A DNA stretch of 64,000 nt from Prochlorococcaceae cyanobacterium jk18x1bzbins.87 (GTDB lineage Bacteria > Cyanobacteriota > Cyanobacteriia > PCC-6307 > Cyanobiaceae). Every line of letters begins with the position of its first letter. Position 1 is the first letter of the stretch. The notes under the pieces are model-generated. The model had not been told where the DNA came from, did no database searches, and was given only the letters and a program-made list of their open reading frames with translations. Below, in pieces: positions 32,815-42,362 of this stretch. Position numbers and translations under genes: made by a program. The stretch spans positions 10,675 to 74,674 of the forward strand of contig JAJDUS010000043.1 of the NCBI GenBank assembly GCA_022826535.1, read 5' to 3'.

Positions 32815-33655
32815 GGGTCAGGGCTCATCATATGAGGAATAATCCTCTCAGCAGAGAGGGAGCCTCAAGAGAGCACCAGGAGGAGATGGTGATGGCCCAG
32901 TTGTTCGGGCTCAGCGCGGAGCAGGTGGCCCGCACCCGCCCCTTGTTCCCCAAGGAACGTGGTGGAGCGGGTGGATGACCGCAAGGTGCTGAGCGGCATC
33001 ATCCCTGTGACTCGGAGGGGTCTGCGCCAGGTGGATGCCCCGGCAGCCGATGGCCCCCACAAAACCCTCTACAATCGTTGCCACCACTGGTGAGACAAGG
33101 GTGTTTTTGATCTGATCTTTTCTGAGTTGTCAGCATCCGATGCCACAGAGCCAGGGTCCTGATGCTTGACGCCACCGATCTCAAAGCCCATCCCACGGCA
33201 TCCAGCCTTACAACAGGGGGCCTGATCCCCGCCTGATTAGTGGCACCAAGGGGGGCATGACCCAGCAAACTCCATGGGGTCTGCCACAGCAAAGGTGGTC
33301 CCCTACGGCTCCACCTGCGTGAGGGGCAATGCAGTGGCTTCACCGGTGCTGATGTGTTGCTCAAGGACTGCTGCCTGCTGCCGGGGTGATGGGGGATCAA
33401 GGGTATGACAGGGACAAAATCCGCAAGATGCTGGCCCAGCAGGGCATCACGCCTTCATAACGCCCCACCGCCGCTGCAAGCAGCCAGTCCATGACCACAA
33501 GAGGCTGGATCGAATGCGCCACAAAATCGAGACGCTCTTTTCCCGGCTGAAGGACTGGCGGCGTCTTGCAACCCGCCACGGCCGCTGCGCCCACCTCTTC
33601 CTTTCTGCCATCCTCCTGGGCCGCCATTGTCCTCTTCCGGTGATGGGCCTGACCC
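32815..33655 (+). mobile_element. IS5-family IS427-group element, degenerate
   Basis: GGGTCAGGGCTCATCA...TGATGGGCCTGACCC flanked by TA on both sides; ~840 bp; frameshifted transposase. Confidence 0.88.
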
Positions 33656-34085
33656 TAGAGCACAGCCGCTACCGCTCTCCACATCAATGCCTTCGTCCAT
33701 ATCCTCTCCTGCTTGGCGGCTTACTCCCTGGCTCAACCCAAGGTCAACATCGGCCAGTCGCCATCGCTAATCTCTCCTGACCTGATCCGGAATTGGGGTA
33801 ACCGAGGCTTTTCCCCATGGAGGGACCACACCGCTGCGGCTCCCCCTTCTCTGATGGCCCCTTATCCAGAACTGGGGCAAATAACATTCCCCACAGGGGG
33901 ATGACCTGCCCCGCAATTCCTCCCCGGAATCGTGCCGATTCTTGTATCTTGTATGAGTCTTATTTATAGACCTAGAATGGGTCTTCTATGGAGATAGTGA
34001 GATATTCAGCGCATCACAGTCCAACAGTCATAGATCACTTTCCCTGATGGAAAGCCTAGAAAACATCAAAGCGGAGTCCCCTCGC

Positions 34086-34111
34086 GTCATTCCCGCAAAG
34101 GCGGGAAGCCA
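34086..34111. repeat. GTCATTCCCG-type REP-like palindrome
   Basis: GTCATTCCCGCAAAGGCGGGAAGCCA hairpin; the minus strand translates WLPAFAGMT. Confidence 0.55.
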
Positions 34112-34203
34112 TGGCTTCCCCTCAGCCTGGTGCAGACCGGTTATACTCCCATTGACTCTCCGTGTTTCCCCATGATTCTGGATCAGGAATAATAGCATGA
34201 TGA

Positions 34204-35580
34204 TTATTTTCCAATGCAAAACTTACTAAATATCTCATCCAAAATATTTTCATTGATCTCTTTTCCAGTGATCTCCCCCAGGCGATGAATGGCCTCTCGC
34301 AGATCAATGGTCCAAAAATCCCAAGGTAATCCCGCTTGGGCTGTATCTTCTAAATGGATAAGAGATTCAACCGCTTTCTGGGCTACGCTGGTCTGACGGC
34401 GATTAAGGCTTGTGTCAAGGCGCTCTAAATCAGTAAGGCCACAACACTCTAAAAGAGCATCGGTGAAGGCTTCCATTCCTTGACCTGTTACTGCACTAAT
34501 GGCCAAGGGAAAATTTGATGTATCTTTAAATTGATTTTTACTCTGGCTCAATAGATCAACCTTATTGCCGACCCGCAACTGAGGAACACCTTCCGGGATC
34601 TCGTTCGCAAGAGCCTGGTCAGCTTCACTCCAGCCCAAGTTAATATCAAATAACAAGATGATCACATCCACTTGCGTCAAGGCTTGACGGCTACGGGCAA
34701 TGCCCAGCTGCTCCACTGGGTTGCTGGCTTGGCGGATGCCAGCGGTATCCACCAGCGTGATGGGAACATCCCGTAAAACAAACTCGGTCTCCAAGAGATC
34801 TCGGGTGGTTCCAGGCAAATCTGTCACAATGGCGCGATCACGACCGCTGAGGTGATTCAGAAGACTGGATTTCCCCACATTTGGACAGCCAATAATGGCA
34901 ACCCGTAGTCCGTGTTGTAAGCACTGTCCCTGGGAACTGTCCTCCACCAGTTGGGATAAGTCCTCCTTCACCACTTGTATCTTCTCCTTCACGGCTTCGG
35001 GGTGTAAAGGTGGTAGATCATCTTCAAAGTCCAAGTGGGCTTCCAGTTGGGCCAACTGCTCCAGTAGCTGCTGACGTAGCACCTCAATGCGGCGGTAAAT
35101 TCCGCCATCCAGGCCCGCCAGCGCCAACGCAGCCGCCCGGCGACTGCGGGCACTGATCACCTGCGCCACAGCCTCTGCCTGGGTTAAATCCAAACGGCCA
35201 TGTAAAAAAGCACGCTGGCTGAAGGCCCCAGGCGCTGCGGCCTCTGCACCGTTGGCCAGCACCTGTTCCAACACCCGCTCCACACAAACCAGCCCTCCAT
35301 GACAGTGGAGTTCCACCACATCTTCTCCCGTGAAGCTTCGCGGGGCTCGCATATAGAGCAGCAGCACTTCGTCAAGAGCCTGGCCACTGGCAGGCTCCAC
35401 CACATGGCCATAGAACACCCGATGGCTTTCCCACACCTGGTGACCTCCACCTGCCGGACGAAACACCCGTTGACCGATGGCCTGGGCTTGCGGTCCGGAG
35501 ATGCGCACAATGGCCACACTTCCTACACCAGCAGCCACTGCCGTGGCGATTGCAGCAATGGTGCTTCCTGGGCGATTCAT
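34204..35580 (-). CDS. mnmE: tRNA modification GTPase MnmE/TrmE
   Basis: Motifs TIAAIATA, FTGEDVVELHCHGG, G1 GCPNVGKSS, GTTRD, DTAG, C-terminal FCIGK. Confidence 0.98.
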   Translation of the reverse strand: MNRPGSTIAAIATAVAAGVGSVAIVRISGPQAQAIGQRVFRPAGGGHQVWESHRVFYGHVVEPASGQALDEVLLLYMRAPRSFTGEDVVELHCHGGLVCVERVLEQVLANGAEAAAPGAFSQRAFLHGRLDLTQAEAVAQVISARSRRAAALALAGLDGGIYRRIEVLRQQLLEQLAQLEAHLDFEDDLPPLHPEAVKEKIQVVKEDLSQLVEDSSQGQCLQHGLRVAIIGCPNVGKSSLLNHLSGRDRAIVTDLPGTTRDLLETEFVLRDVPITLVDTAGIRQASNPVEQLGIARSRQALTQVDVIILLFDINLGWSEADQALANEIPEGVPQLRVGNKVDLLSQSKNQFKDTSNFPLAISAVTGQGMEAFTDALLECCGLTDLERLDTSLNRRQTSVAQKAVESLIHLEDTAQAGLPWDFWTIDLREAIHRLGEITGKEINENILDEIFSKFCIGK

Positions 35581-35641
35581 GGGCTGTCAACAACAGCTTC
35601 AATGGGAAATGGTTTTGATGGGAAGGCAGTGACTGCAAGCC

Positions 35642-36130
35642 ATGGTTACAAACCGCAGACAGAAGCACCTGTGCCCACTGCCCATGCGGCTACGCCAGGG
35701 TGTGCAATGGCTCCTGCAGCAGGAGGGATCCCCCGGCCAACGGAGCCGTGGCCTGGCTGCGGGTGTTTTTGCAGGATGCTTCCCCTTCTTTGGCTTCCAG
35801 ACCCTTCTTGGCGTGGCACTGGCGTCCCTGTTGCGGGGGAACCGCATCCTGGCTGCGGCCAGCACATGGATCAGCAACCCGTTCACCTATGTGCCCCTCT
35901 ACTGGTTCAACTACACCATCGGGAAACATGTGTTGGGGGAGCATCCCGGCCAGATTAACCACATCTATGGAGGCACTGCATCATCCATGCCCTGGAATGA
36001 TATTTGGTCCTTAGGCTGGGGGGTGGCCCGTTGTGTTTTGGTGGGGTCAACCCTGGTGGGTTTGGCCTTGGGGATGGGCCTTGGCCTGCTCTGCTGGCTC
36101 TGGCTGCGCCGCCCCCGTCCAACGCCATGA
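35642..36130 (+). CDS. DUF2062 membrane protein
   Basis: GLAAGVFAGCFPFFGFQT, WISNPFTYVPLY. Confidence 0.88.
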   Translation: MVTNRRQKHLCPLPMRLRQGVQWLLQQEGSPGQRSRGLAAGVFAGCFPFFGFQTLLGVALASLLRGNRILAAASTWISNPFTYVPLYWFNYTIGKHVLGEHPGQINHIYGGTASSMPWNDIWSLGWGVARCVLVGSTLVGLALGMGLGLLCWLWLRRPRPTP

Positions 36131-37555
36131 GTCCACCAGTTGGTGGAATGGTTCCCAGTTGTCCTGCTCGCTGATGGCTTGCCAGACGCCCTCAATCACA
36201 GGGCGGGTGGGGGTCCGTGTCAGGTTCCAGCGCTGCAAGGTCCAACGGGCGGCCTTACGGCCATCCCCATGGAGACGCCGCCAATGGCTCCACCAGCAAT
36301 CACGCCAGGCCAGCCATGGTTGTCGGGGGGGCTCCGGTGTCTGCCAAGGCGTCAAGGCATCAGGTTCCTCCAGATCCGAGCGACTCACCTGATCCTTCAA
36401 ACCAGCGAAAAAATCCCCGTAGTCAATGCTCCAGGTCCCAAGCAATTGCAGTGTCAGGGATACCAGATCCCCTGCAGAAGGCTCCATGGTTTGCCCTGTG
36501 ACCCAGGGCTGAACCAGCCCAAGGCGCCGCAGCAAGCCAGAGCGGTAGGCGGTCCCATAGGTGGACCCAAACGGCGCAATGGCGGCCTCAAGGGCATCCA
36601 AAGGCAGCACCATTGCCAGGGGCTGCAGCAGCAGCTTCAAATTGTGATAGCAGATGGCTGGCTGACGTCCATAGGCATAGAGTCCCGTGTGGTCAAAATA
36701 GGCTGCCGTAAAATTGGGATCCCAGGCTGCAAGAAACCCATAAGGGCCGTAATCAAAGCTCTCCCCCGCCAGGGACATGTTGTCCGTATTCAGCACGCCA
36801 TGGGTGAAGCCAGCCACCATCCACTGGGCCGCCATGTGGGCCACCCGCTCCGCCAGTTCCGCCACCATGGCCAGTAGGGGGCTCTCCTCTTCATCCAGGT
36901 GGCCATAGCAGGTGCGCTGCACATGGTGGAGGAGACCCACAAGGCGATCCGGCTGCTGCAGATGGAGCAGCCGCTCACAACTGCCGAAGCGCAGGTGGGT
37001 TTTGGCCAGCCGCACCATGACCGAACTGCGGGTGGGGGAGGGTTCATCGCCGCGGTAGAGCTGCTCCCCTGTTTCAATAAGGCTCATGGTGCGGCTGGTG
37101 GTGACCCCCAGGCGATGGAGAGCCTCCGCAGCGATCACTTCCCGTACCCCTCCCTTGAGGGTCAGGCGCCCATCGCCACCCCGGGACCAGGGTGTCTGGC
37201 CAGATCCTTTGGTGCCCAGATCCTGGAGTTGGCCATGGCGATCCCGCACTTGGCCATAGAGAAATCCCCGCCCATCCCCCAAGTGGGGATTATAGACACC
37301 AAATTGATAGCCATGATAGCGCAAGGCCAACAGGGGCTGGCGTCCCTCAAAGTGACCATAGGCGGCCTCCAAATGGTCCCGGCTCACCCGGGCCGGGTCC
37401 AGGCCCAATTGCCAAAGAAGATCGTCATTCCGAAACCGTAGGTGGATTTCCGGGAAGGAGGCAGCCTCCACCACATCCCAATAGTCACTGCCCAGCCGTT
37501 CCAGGGAGGGCTCAAAGGGGAGTGCCAGAAGGGGGTTAGCCCTATTGATGGTCAT
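36047..37555 (-). CDS. SelO/YdiU family protein adenylyltransferase
   Basis: Motifs YHGYQFG, LGDGRG, KGSG.TPWSR.GDGR, HGVLNTDN, FDYGPY. Confidence 0.93.
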   Translation of the reverse strand: MTINRANPLLALPFEPSLERLGSDYWDVVEAASFPEIHLRFRNDDLLWQLGLDPARVSRDHLEAAYGHFEGRQPLLALRYHGYQFGVYNPHLGDGRGFLYGQVRDRHGQLQDLGTKGSGQTPWSRGGDGRLTLKGGVREVIAAEALHRLGVTTSRTMSLIETGEQLYRGDEPSPTRSSVMVRLAKTHLRFGSCERLLHLQQPDRLVGLLHHVQRTCYGHLDEEESPLLAMVAELAERVAHMAAQWMVAGFTHGVLNTDNMSLAGESFDYGPYGFLAAWDPNFTAAYFDHTGLYAYGRQPAICYHNLKLLLQPLAMVLPLDALEAAIAPFGSTYGTAYRSGLLRRLGLVQPWVTGQTMEPSAGDLVSLTLQLLGTWSIDYGDFFAGLKDQVSRSDLEEPDALTPWQTPEPPRQPWLAWRDCWWSHWRRLHGDGRKAARWTLQRWNLTRTPTRPVIEGVWQAISEQDNWEPFHQLVDSWRWTGAAQPEPAEQAKAHPQGQTHQG

Positions 37556-37667
37556 GGGAGACCCCCATTCTCCGGGTCAGCAGTCATTATGCAAGGCCAT
37601 TATCCACAGCTATTGGCCCTCGGCTGTCCCGGGGCATAAGCCCCGTTCTTCGGGAGGGTTTTACTTT

Positions 37668-37697
37668 GTGCTTATGTTCTTAGTGCTTATGTTCTTA
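37668..37697. repeat. perfect 15-bp tandem duplication
   Basis: GTGCTTATGTTCTTA x2. Confidence 0.85.
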
Positions 37698-37996
37698 GTG
37701 GGTAGTCACTCGCTGGGTTCCAGCACGGTGAGGGGACAGTGCCAACGGCACTGCCGGCGTAGCAGAGCAGTGCTGGGGTGGCCAGGCTGTGGGAGACATC
37801 CGGCTCCAGCGCCTCAAACACCTGTCGGTCGTAGGGAACGCGGTGGGTTGCCCTATGGTGGCGCAGCCCGGTGGGGGGGATGTGGCCACTGCCAGGGCAC
37901 CGCAAACATCGGCTCTGGCGGTAGTCAGCGCCGTGCTTTCAGGGGCCTGACCCCACGCAGAGTGTTGATGTGATAGAATTAGGCCAAATCTACTAA

Positions 37997-38106
37997 GGAA
38001 CCTCTGAATAAGCCCCCTTGAGTCTCTGAGAGCTTTTGGAAAGCCCAGTAGAGACAGGCGAAGCAGGAGACTGATGGCAGACGACCATGACTTGTTCAGA
38101 GGTTCC
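37997..38106. mobile_element. 110-bp MITE with IS5-subgroup TIRs
   Basis: GGAACCTCTGAATAAG...CTTGTTCAGAGGTTCC with CTAA target duplication; homologous to 32702-32811. Confidence 0.9.
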
Positions 38107-38175
38107 CTAACATCCATGATACTATTGGACACCCTCACCGCCGCACTGGCGGCCAGGCTAACGGGCATGGAGCTA

Positions 38176-39024
38176 AGGTCAGAACCCATCACCAGAAGGG
38201 CACAATAGCGGCCAGGAGGATGACAGAAGGGAAGACGTGGGCGCAGCGGTCGTAGCGGGTTGCAATGGGATGTCAGTCCTTCAGCCGGGAAAAGAGATTC
38301 CCGATTTTGTGACCCTTGCGATCCAGTCTCTTGTTGCAATGGACTGGTTTCTTGCGGCAGTGGCGGGGCGGGATGCAAAGCGGGATGCCCTGCTGGGCCA
38401 GCATCTTACGGGTTTTGTCCCTGTCATACCCTTGATCCCCCATCACGGTGGCCGCAGGCGGCAGGTCTTTGAGTAACACATCAGCACCGATAAAGTCACT
38501 GCATTGCCCCTCCTCAGGTGGCGTCGCAGGGGACCACCTTTGCTGTGGCAGACCCCATGGAGCTTGCTGGTCATGCCCCCCTTGGCGCCACCAATCAGGC
38601 GGAGAACACCCCCCTTGTTGAGGCTGGACACCGTGGGATGGGCTTTGACGTCAGTGGCGTCAAGCATCAGCACCTCTGGCTCTGGGGCATCGGATGCTGA
38701 CAACTCAGAAAAGATCAGATCAAAACACCCTTGTCTCACCAGCGGCGGCAACGGTTGTCGAGGGTTTTGTGGGGGCCATCGGCCGGGCCGGGGCATCCAC
38801 CCAGAGCAGACCCTTCTGAAGGACATGGATGATGCCGCTCAACACCTTCCTGTCATCCACCTGCTTCCACACCCCGTTCCTTAGGGAACAAGGGGCAGAT
38901 GCAGGCAACCTGCTCTGCGCTGAGCCCAAACAACTGGGCCATCACCCATCTCCTCCCGGTGCTCTCTTGGGGCTCCCTGCCTCTCTGGTGAGAGGATCAC
39001 CCCTCACATGATGAGTCCTGACCC
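38176..39024 (-). mobile_element. IS5-family IS427-group element, degenerate
   Basis: Same ends as the other copies, TA flanks, ~850 bp, fragmented transposase. Confidence 0.88.
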
Positions 39025-39104
39025 TAAGGATGAAAATGTAGAGAGGGGCAATGCAGCCATCATGGTTGAAACAAGTATGTAGATCCCTGGTAGTAAGAAC
39101 GTGG

Positions 39105-39280
39105 TGATGGTGAGGCCATGGCTGGCGCAAGGTGAAGGTGGATTGGAACCCATGGTGCCGCCGCAGGCTGACAGAGGAGGACTCAGTGTTAACTGCCATC
39201 GGCGAGCGCCGTGATGGGCAGAAGGCCCTCCTGGCCATCGGCAACATGGGAGGTGAGAGCCCAGCGGCGGGCTGCTGGTG
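39105..39280 (+). mobile_element. IS256-family transposase remnant
   Basis: Reads WRKVKVDWNPWCRRRLTEED / VLTAIGERRDGQKALLAIGNMGGES. The segment carrying the first catalytic Asp is deleted. Confidence 0.6.
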
Positions 39281-39463
39281 ATTATCGATCCACAGGGAAT
39301 GGCTTCTGTGATCAGCAGCACACTGGCAGGATTGCAGGATTGACTCCGGCTGTGGGGGTGGGTCAAGGTGCTGCCCACCAGTACAACCACCATTAACGCC
39401 AAGCAGGGGGAGTGCTGATGAGGGCAACCATTTGCCTATAGTTTCCTTAATCCATCCCTTCCC

Positions 39464-39580
39464 ATGGTTGAACCCCTGCTCTGTGGCATTGTTCTGGGCT
39501 TGGTGCCCATCACCATCTTCGGCCTCTTCGTGAGCGCCTACAACCAATATCGCCGTCAGGGGGGAACCTTCGGAGGCTGA
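39464..39580 (+). CDS. petG: cytochrome b6-f subunit V
   Basis: [31 protein letters not shown] (38 aa); not in the ORF track. Confidence 0.95.
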   Translation: MVEPLLCGIVLGLVPITIFGLFVSAYNQYRRQGGTFGG

Positions 39581-39641
39581 GGGCCATCCCCCATCGGTTG
39601 GGTTCTGGTCAGTCTGCCGGGGAGTGCCACCGACTCCCTAT

Positions 39642-40220
39642 CTAGTTGTCCACAGCCCGTTGGAGAAGGAGCACTGTGGTGCCTCCATAGCGGTGGCGGC
39701 TGCCCAATCGCCAGCCGGGCAGATTTGTGGGGGGTTGTCGGCTTGTGCATTCCAGTAGCAACAGGCCTGTCGGCGCCATGACACCGGCCGCGGCGATGGC
39801 CATGGCCACGGGTTCATGGAGTCTCCCATTGTAGGGGGGATCCGCATAGATCAAGGCAAAGGGTTGTTGTGGCTCTGTTGAGTGGTTCCAGGCCCGGAGC
39901 CAGGCCAACGCCTCCCGGCGGTGGAGGGCAAAGGTCTGGGGTGGACGGCAGACCAACTGCAAATTGTGGCGGGTCACGGCGGCGGCACGGCCATGGCGCT
40001 CTACAGCCGTGACATGGGCAGCGCCATGGCGGAGGGCTTCACAGGCCATGGCGCCGCTGCCGCTGAACAGATCTAGCCAGCGGGCCCCCACAACCTGCTC
40101 CTGCAACAGGTCAAACACCGACTGCCGTACCCGCGCCGGTGTGGGGCGGGTGATGGTGCCCGGTGGACTCTGTAGACGTCGCCCACCACTGAGACGCAGA
40201 TCCCCGCCACCTCGAGCCAT
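39642..40220 (-). CDS. rsmD: 16S rRNA m2G966 methyltransferase
   Basis: Motifs TRPT..RVR, WLDLFSGSG, ADPPY. Confidence 0.9.
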   Translation of the reverse strand: MARGGGDLRLSGGRRLQSPPGTITRPTPARVRQSVFDLLQEQVVGARWLDLFSGSGAMACEALRHGAAHVTAVERHGRAAAVTRHNLQLVCRPPQTFALHRREALAWLRAWNHSTEPQQPFALIYADPPYNGRLHEPVAMAIAAAGVMAPTGLLLLECTSRQPPTNLPGWRLGSRHRYGGTTVLLLQRAVDN

Positions 40221-40225
40221 GGTCT

Positions 40226-40873
40226 TCAACAAGGCAGGCGCTTCAGCCAGCGGGCCAGGATCCGCTGACCACAGGGACCAGACTTTTCCGGGTGGAACTG
40301 GGTGGCCACCAGGGAACCGTGGGCAATGGCTGCAGTGACCGGTTGCCGGGCCACCATCACATGGGCCGCCACCATGGCGGCCTCCTTGGGCACAGCCCCA
40401 TAGGAATGGACAAAATACACCCACTGCTCTTCCCCTGAGGGAAACAAGGGGCAGGTATCGGCAGAGCGGAGTGGTTGCCAGCCCATGTGGGGAATGGGTT
40501 CATCAGTTGTGGGATTCAGGGGCTCCACCGTGCCAGGTACCAGGTTCAGCCCCGCCAACCGACCCTCTGCACTGCCACTAAACAACAGTTGCAGCCCCAG
40601 GCAGATGCCCAGCAGGGGGCGATCCTGGCTGACCCAATGGCCAATGGGTTGAATCAGGTCACGATCCGCCAGCTGGGCCATGGCGGGGTCGAAGGCACCC
40701 ACCCCTGGCAACACCAGCGCAACACCACCGGAATCCCCCCAGCGGCGCAGATCAGCACCGCTGCAGAGGCGCTGACAGTGGGCCCCAAGCCGTTGCAGGG
40801 ATTTGGTGACGGAGTGGAGATTCCCCATGCCGTAGTCAATGATTCCCAGCAGGGGGGATATGGTCGTGGTCAT
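40226..40873 (-). CDS. hisH: imidazole glycerol phosphate synthase glutaminase subunit
   Basis: Motifs IDYGMGNL, LPGVG, GICLGLQ, FVHSY, QFHPEKS. Confidence 0.96.
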   Translation of the reverse strand: MTTTISPLLGIIDYGMGNLHSVTKSLQRLGAHCQRLCSGADLRRWGDSGGVALVLPGVGAFDPAMAQLADRDLIQPIGHWVSQDRPLLGICLGLQLLFSGSAEGRLAGLNLVPGTVEPLNPTTDEPIPHMGWQPLRSADTCPLFPSGEEQWVYFVHSYGAVPKEAAMVAAHVMVARQPVTAAIAHGSLVATQFHPEKSGPCGQRILARWLKRLPC

Positions 40874-42054
40874 TGGCGCTGTTCAGGGTGCTCCAGGTGC
40901 GGTCCCCCTGATAGGGGCAGGTGGTTGAGATGGCGAATGAGCCCATAGAGGCGTCCCATGCAGCGGTGATCAAAGTGAAACTGCAATCCTGGGACCACCC
41001 CTTGATCACCTTTGTGGGCGAAGGGTTCAATGGTCCCTCCAAGCAGCAGATCGGAGAACATGTGGTTCATGACCTTCAACTGCTCGGCGGTGGGTGTCCC
41101 ATGGAGCAGCAACCGCAACCGCTCCTCGCCCAGGAAGTGGCAATGGTGGAAGATGCGATAGAAGCGGCGGATGACCCCCACGGCAGCCTCCACGGAGTCC
41201 ACCTGGTCATAGATCTGGGCATCGGCGGCGGACACCATGCCCCGCTCCTCAACGGACTTGACCATGTAGCGCTTCCAGCGTTGCCAGTAGTCATCACCGG
41301 CAGGGGCCAGGAGCACCACGGGGATGGGAGCGGTCTTGGCGGTCTGAATCAGGGTGAGGGCCTCGAACAGCTCATCCAATGTGCCCACACCTCCCGGCAT
41401 GGCCACCAGGGCGTCGCTCTCCCGCACCAGGAAGTGTTTCCTGGTGAAGAAGTAACGAAAGGCCACCAGCTTGCCCTGGGGGTCGATATAGGGGTTGGGG
41501 GCAAACTCAAAAGGCAGTTGGATATTGAGACCGTAGCTCTTGCCTGGTCCGGCGCCGCGGTTGGCTGCTTCCATCACCCCTCCCCCGGCCCCGGTCATCA
41601 CCTCAAAGCCTGCCGCCGCCAACTGTCGAGACAGGTGGACAGCCTGTTGATACACGGCGCTCTGTGGCGGCACCCGGGCGGATCCCACCACTCCCACCTT
41701 ACGGCGATCACGGTGGGGGCAGAAGACGTTCAGCCCATCCCTGATGTCAGCCAGGGCGCCATGGAGAAAGGCCCAGTCGCTCTGCTCGTGGGTTGCATGG
41801 CGGATGGCCACCAGGTGACCCAGGATCCCTTCCAACAATTCCCCATGCCCCTGGCCCTCCAGTTGGTCCGCCAACTCCAGGATGCGTTGACGCAATGGGC
41901 TGGCGGCGCCGTTGCCAGATCCATGGAACGCCCTTCCGCCACTAGGGCCCAGGGGAGAAGAGAGGCCGTCCGTGAGGGCGGGGCAAGACTTAGAGGTATT
42001 TGGCAATGGTGCTGGATAGCGTGGTCTTGGGGACAGCCCCCACCACCGTATCAA
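40870..42054 (-). CDS. LOG-family Rossmann-fold protein (true start likely downstream, ~41900-41980)
   Basis: [39 protein letters not shown]. Confidence 0.88.
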   Translation of the reverse strand: MIRWWGLSPRPRYPAPLPNTSKSCPALTDGLSSPLGPSGGRAFHGSGNGAASPLRQRILELADQLEGQGHGELLEGILGHLVAIRHATHEQSDWAFLHGALADIRDGLNVFCPHRDRRKVGVVGSARVPPQSAVYQQAVHLSRQLAAAGFEVMTGAGGGVMEAANRGAGPGKSYGLNIQLPFEFAPNPYIDPQGKLVAFRYFFTRKHFLVRESDALVAMPGGVGTLDELFEALTLIQTAKTAPIPVVLLAPAGDDYWQRWKRYMVKSVEERGMVSAADAQIYDQVDSVEAAVGVIRRFYRIFHHCHFLGEERLRLLLHGTPTAEQLKVMNHMFSDLLLGGTIEPFAHKGDQGVVPGLQFHFDHRCMGRLYGLIRHLNHLPLSGGPHLEHPEQRQ

Positions 42055-42313
42055 CCCGCTGGCCGTCCTTGAACACCATCAGGGTGGGAATGCTGCGAAT
42101 CCCGAACTGGCTGGCCACAGCGGGATTTTCGTCTGTATTGAGCTTCACCACCTTGATCTTGCCGTTCAACTCGACGGCAATCTCGTCAATGATGGGCGCC
42201 ACCATGCGGCAGGGTCCACACCAGGGCGCCCAGAAATCCACCAACACGGGCACGTCGCTTTTGAGCACGTCTGCCTCAAAGGAAGCATCGGTCACTGGGG
42301 CGGCGTTCGACAT
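41990..42313 (-). CDS. trxA: thioredoxin
   Basis: WCGPC active site, 107 aa. Confidence 0.97.
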   Translation of the reverse strand: MSNAAPVTDASFEADVLKSDVPVLVDFWAPWCGPCRMVAPIIDEIAVELNGKIKVVKLNTDENPAVASQFGIRSIPTLMVFKDGQRVDTVVGAVPKTTLSSTIAKYL

Positions 42314-42362
42314 GTCGATGACTATTGTGGTTCATTTTGAATGTAGCAGAAAACGGTCCCCT

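Larger units (their letters stand above)
32300..33799 (+). mobile_element. IS982-family element remnant, split at a CTAG by a MITE and an IS427 copy
   Basis: Transposase motifs MGWFFGCKLHL, DDRQP, KLLLRKRS, LEHSR, ILSCLAAYSLAQPK. Right end ...CCGGAATTGGGGT (ACCC-type IR). Left boundary approximate. Confidence 0.75.

Noticed and set aside
37625-37665. Second IS200/IS605 left end (AAGCCCCGTTCTTCGGGAGGGTTTT)
   Set aside because: The predicted cleavage tetramer is absent upstream and no matching right end was found.
39290-39440. cytM (cytochrome cM) remnant beside petG, expected from synteny
   Set aside because: There is no CxxCH motif, and the similarity is limited to a hydrophobic stretch.
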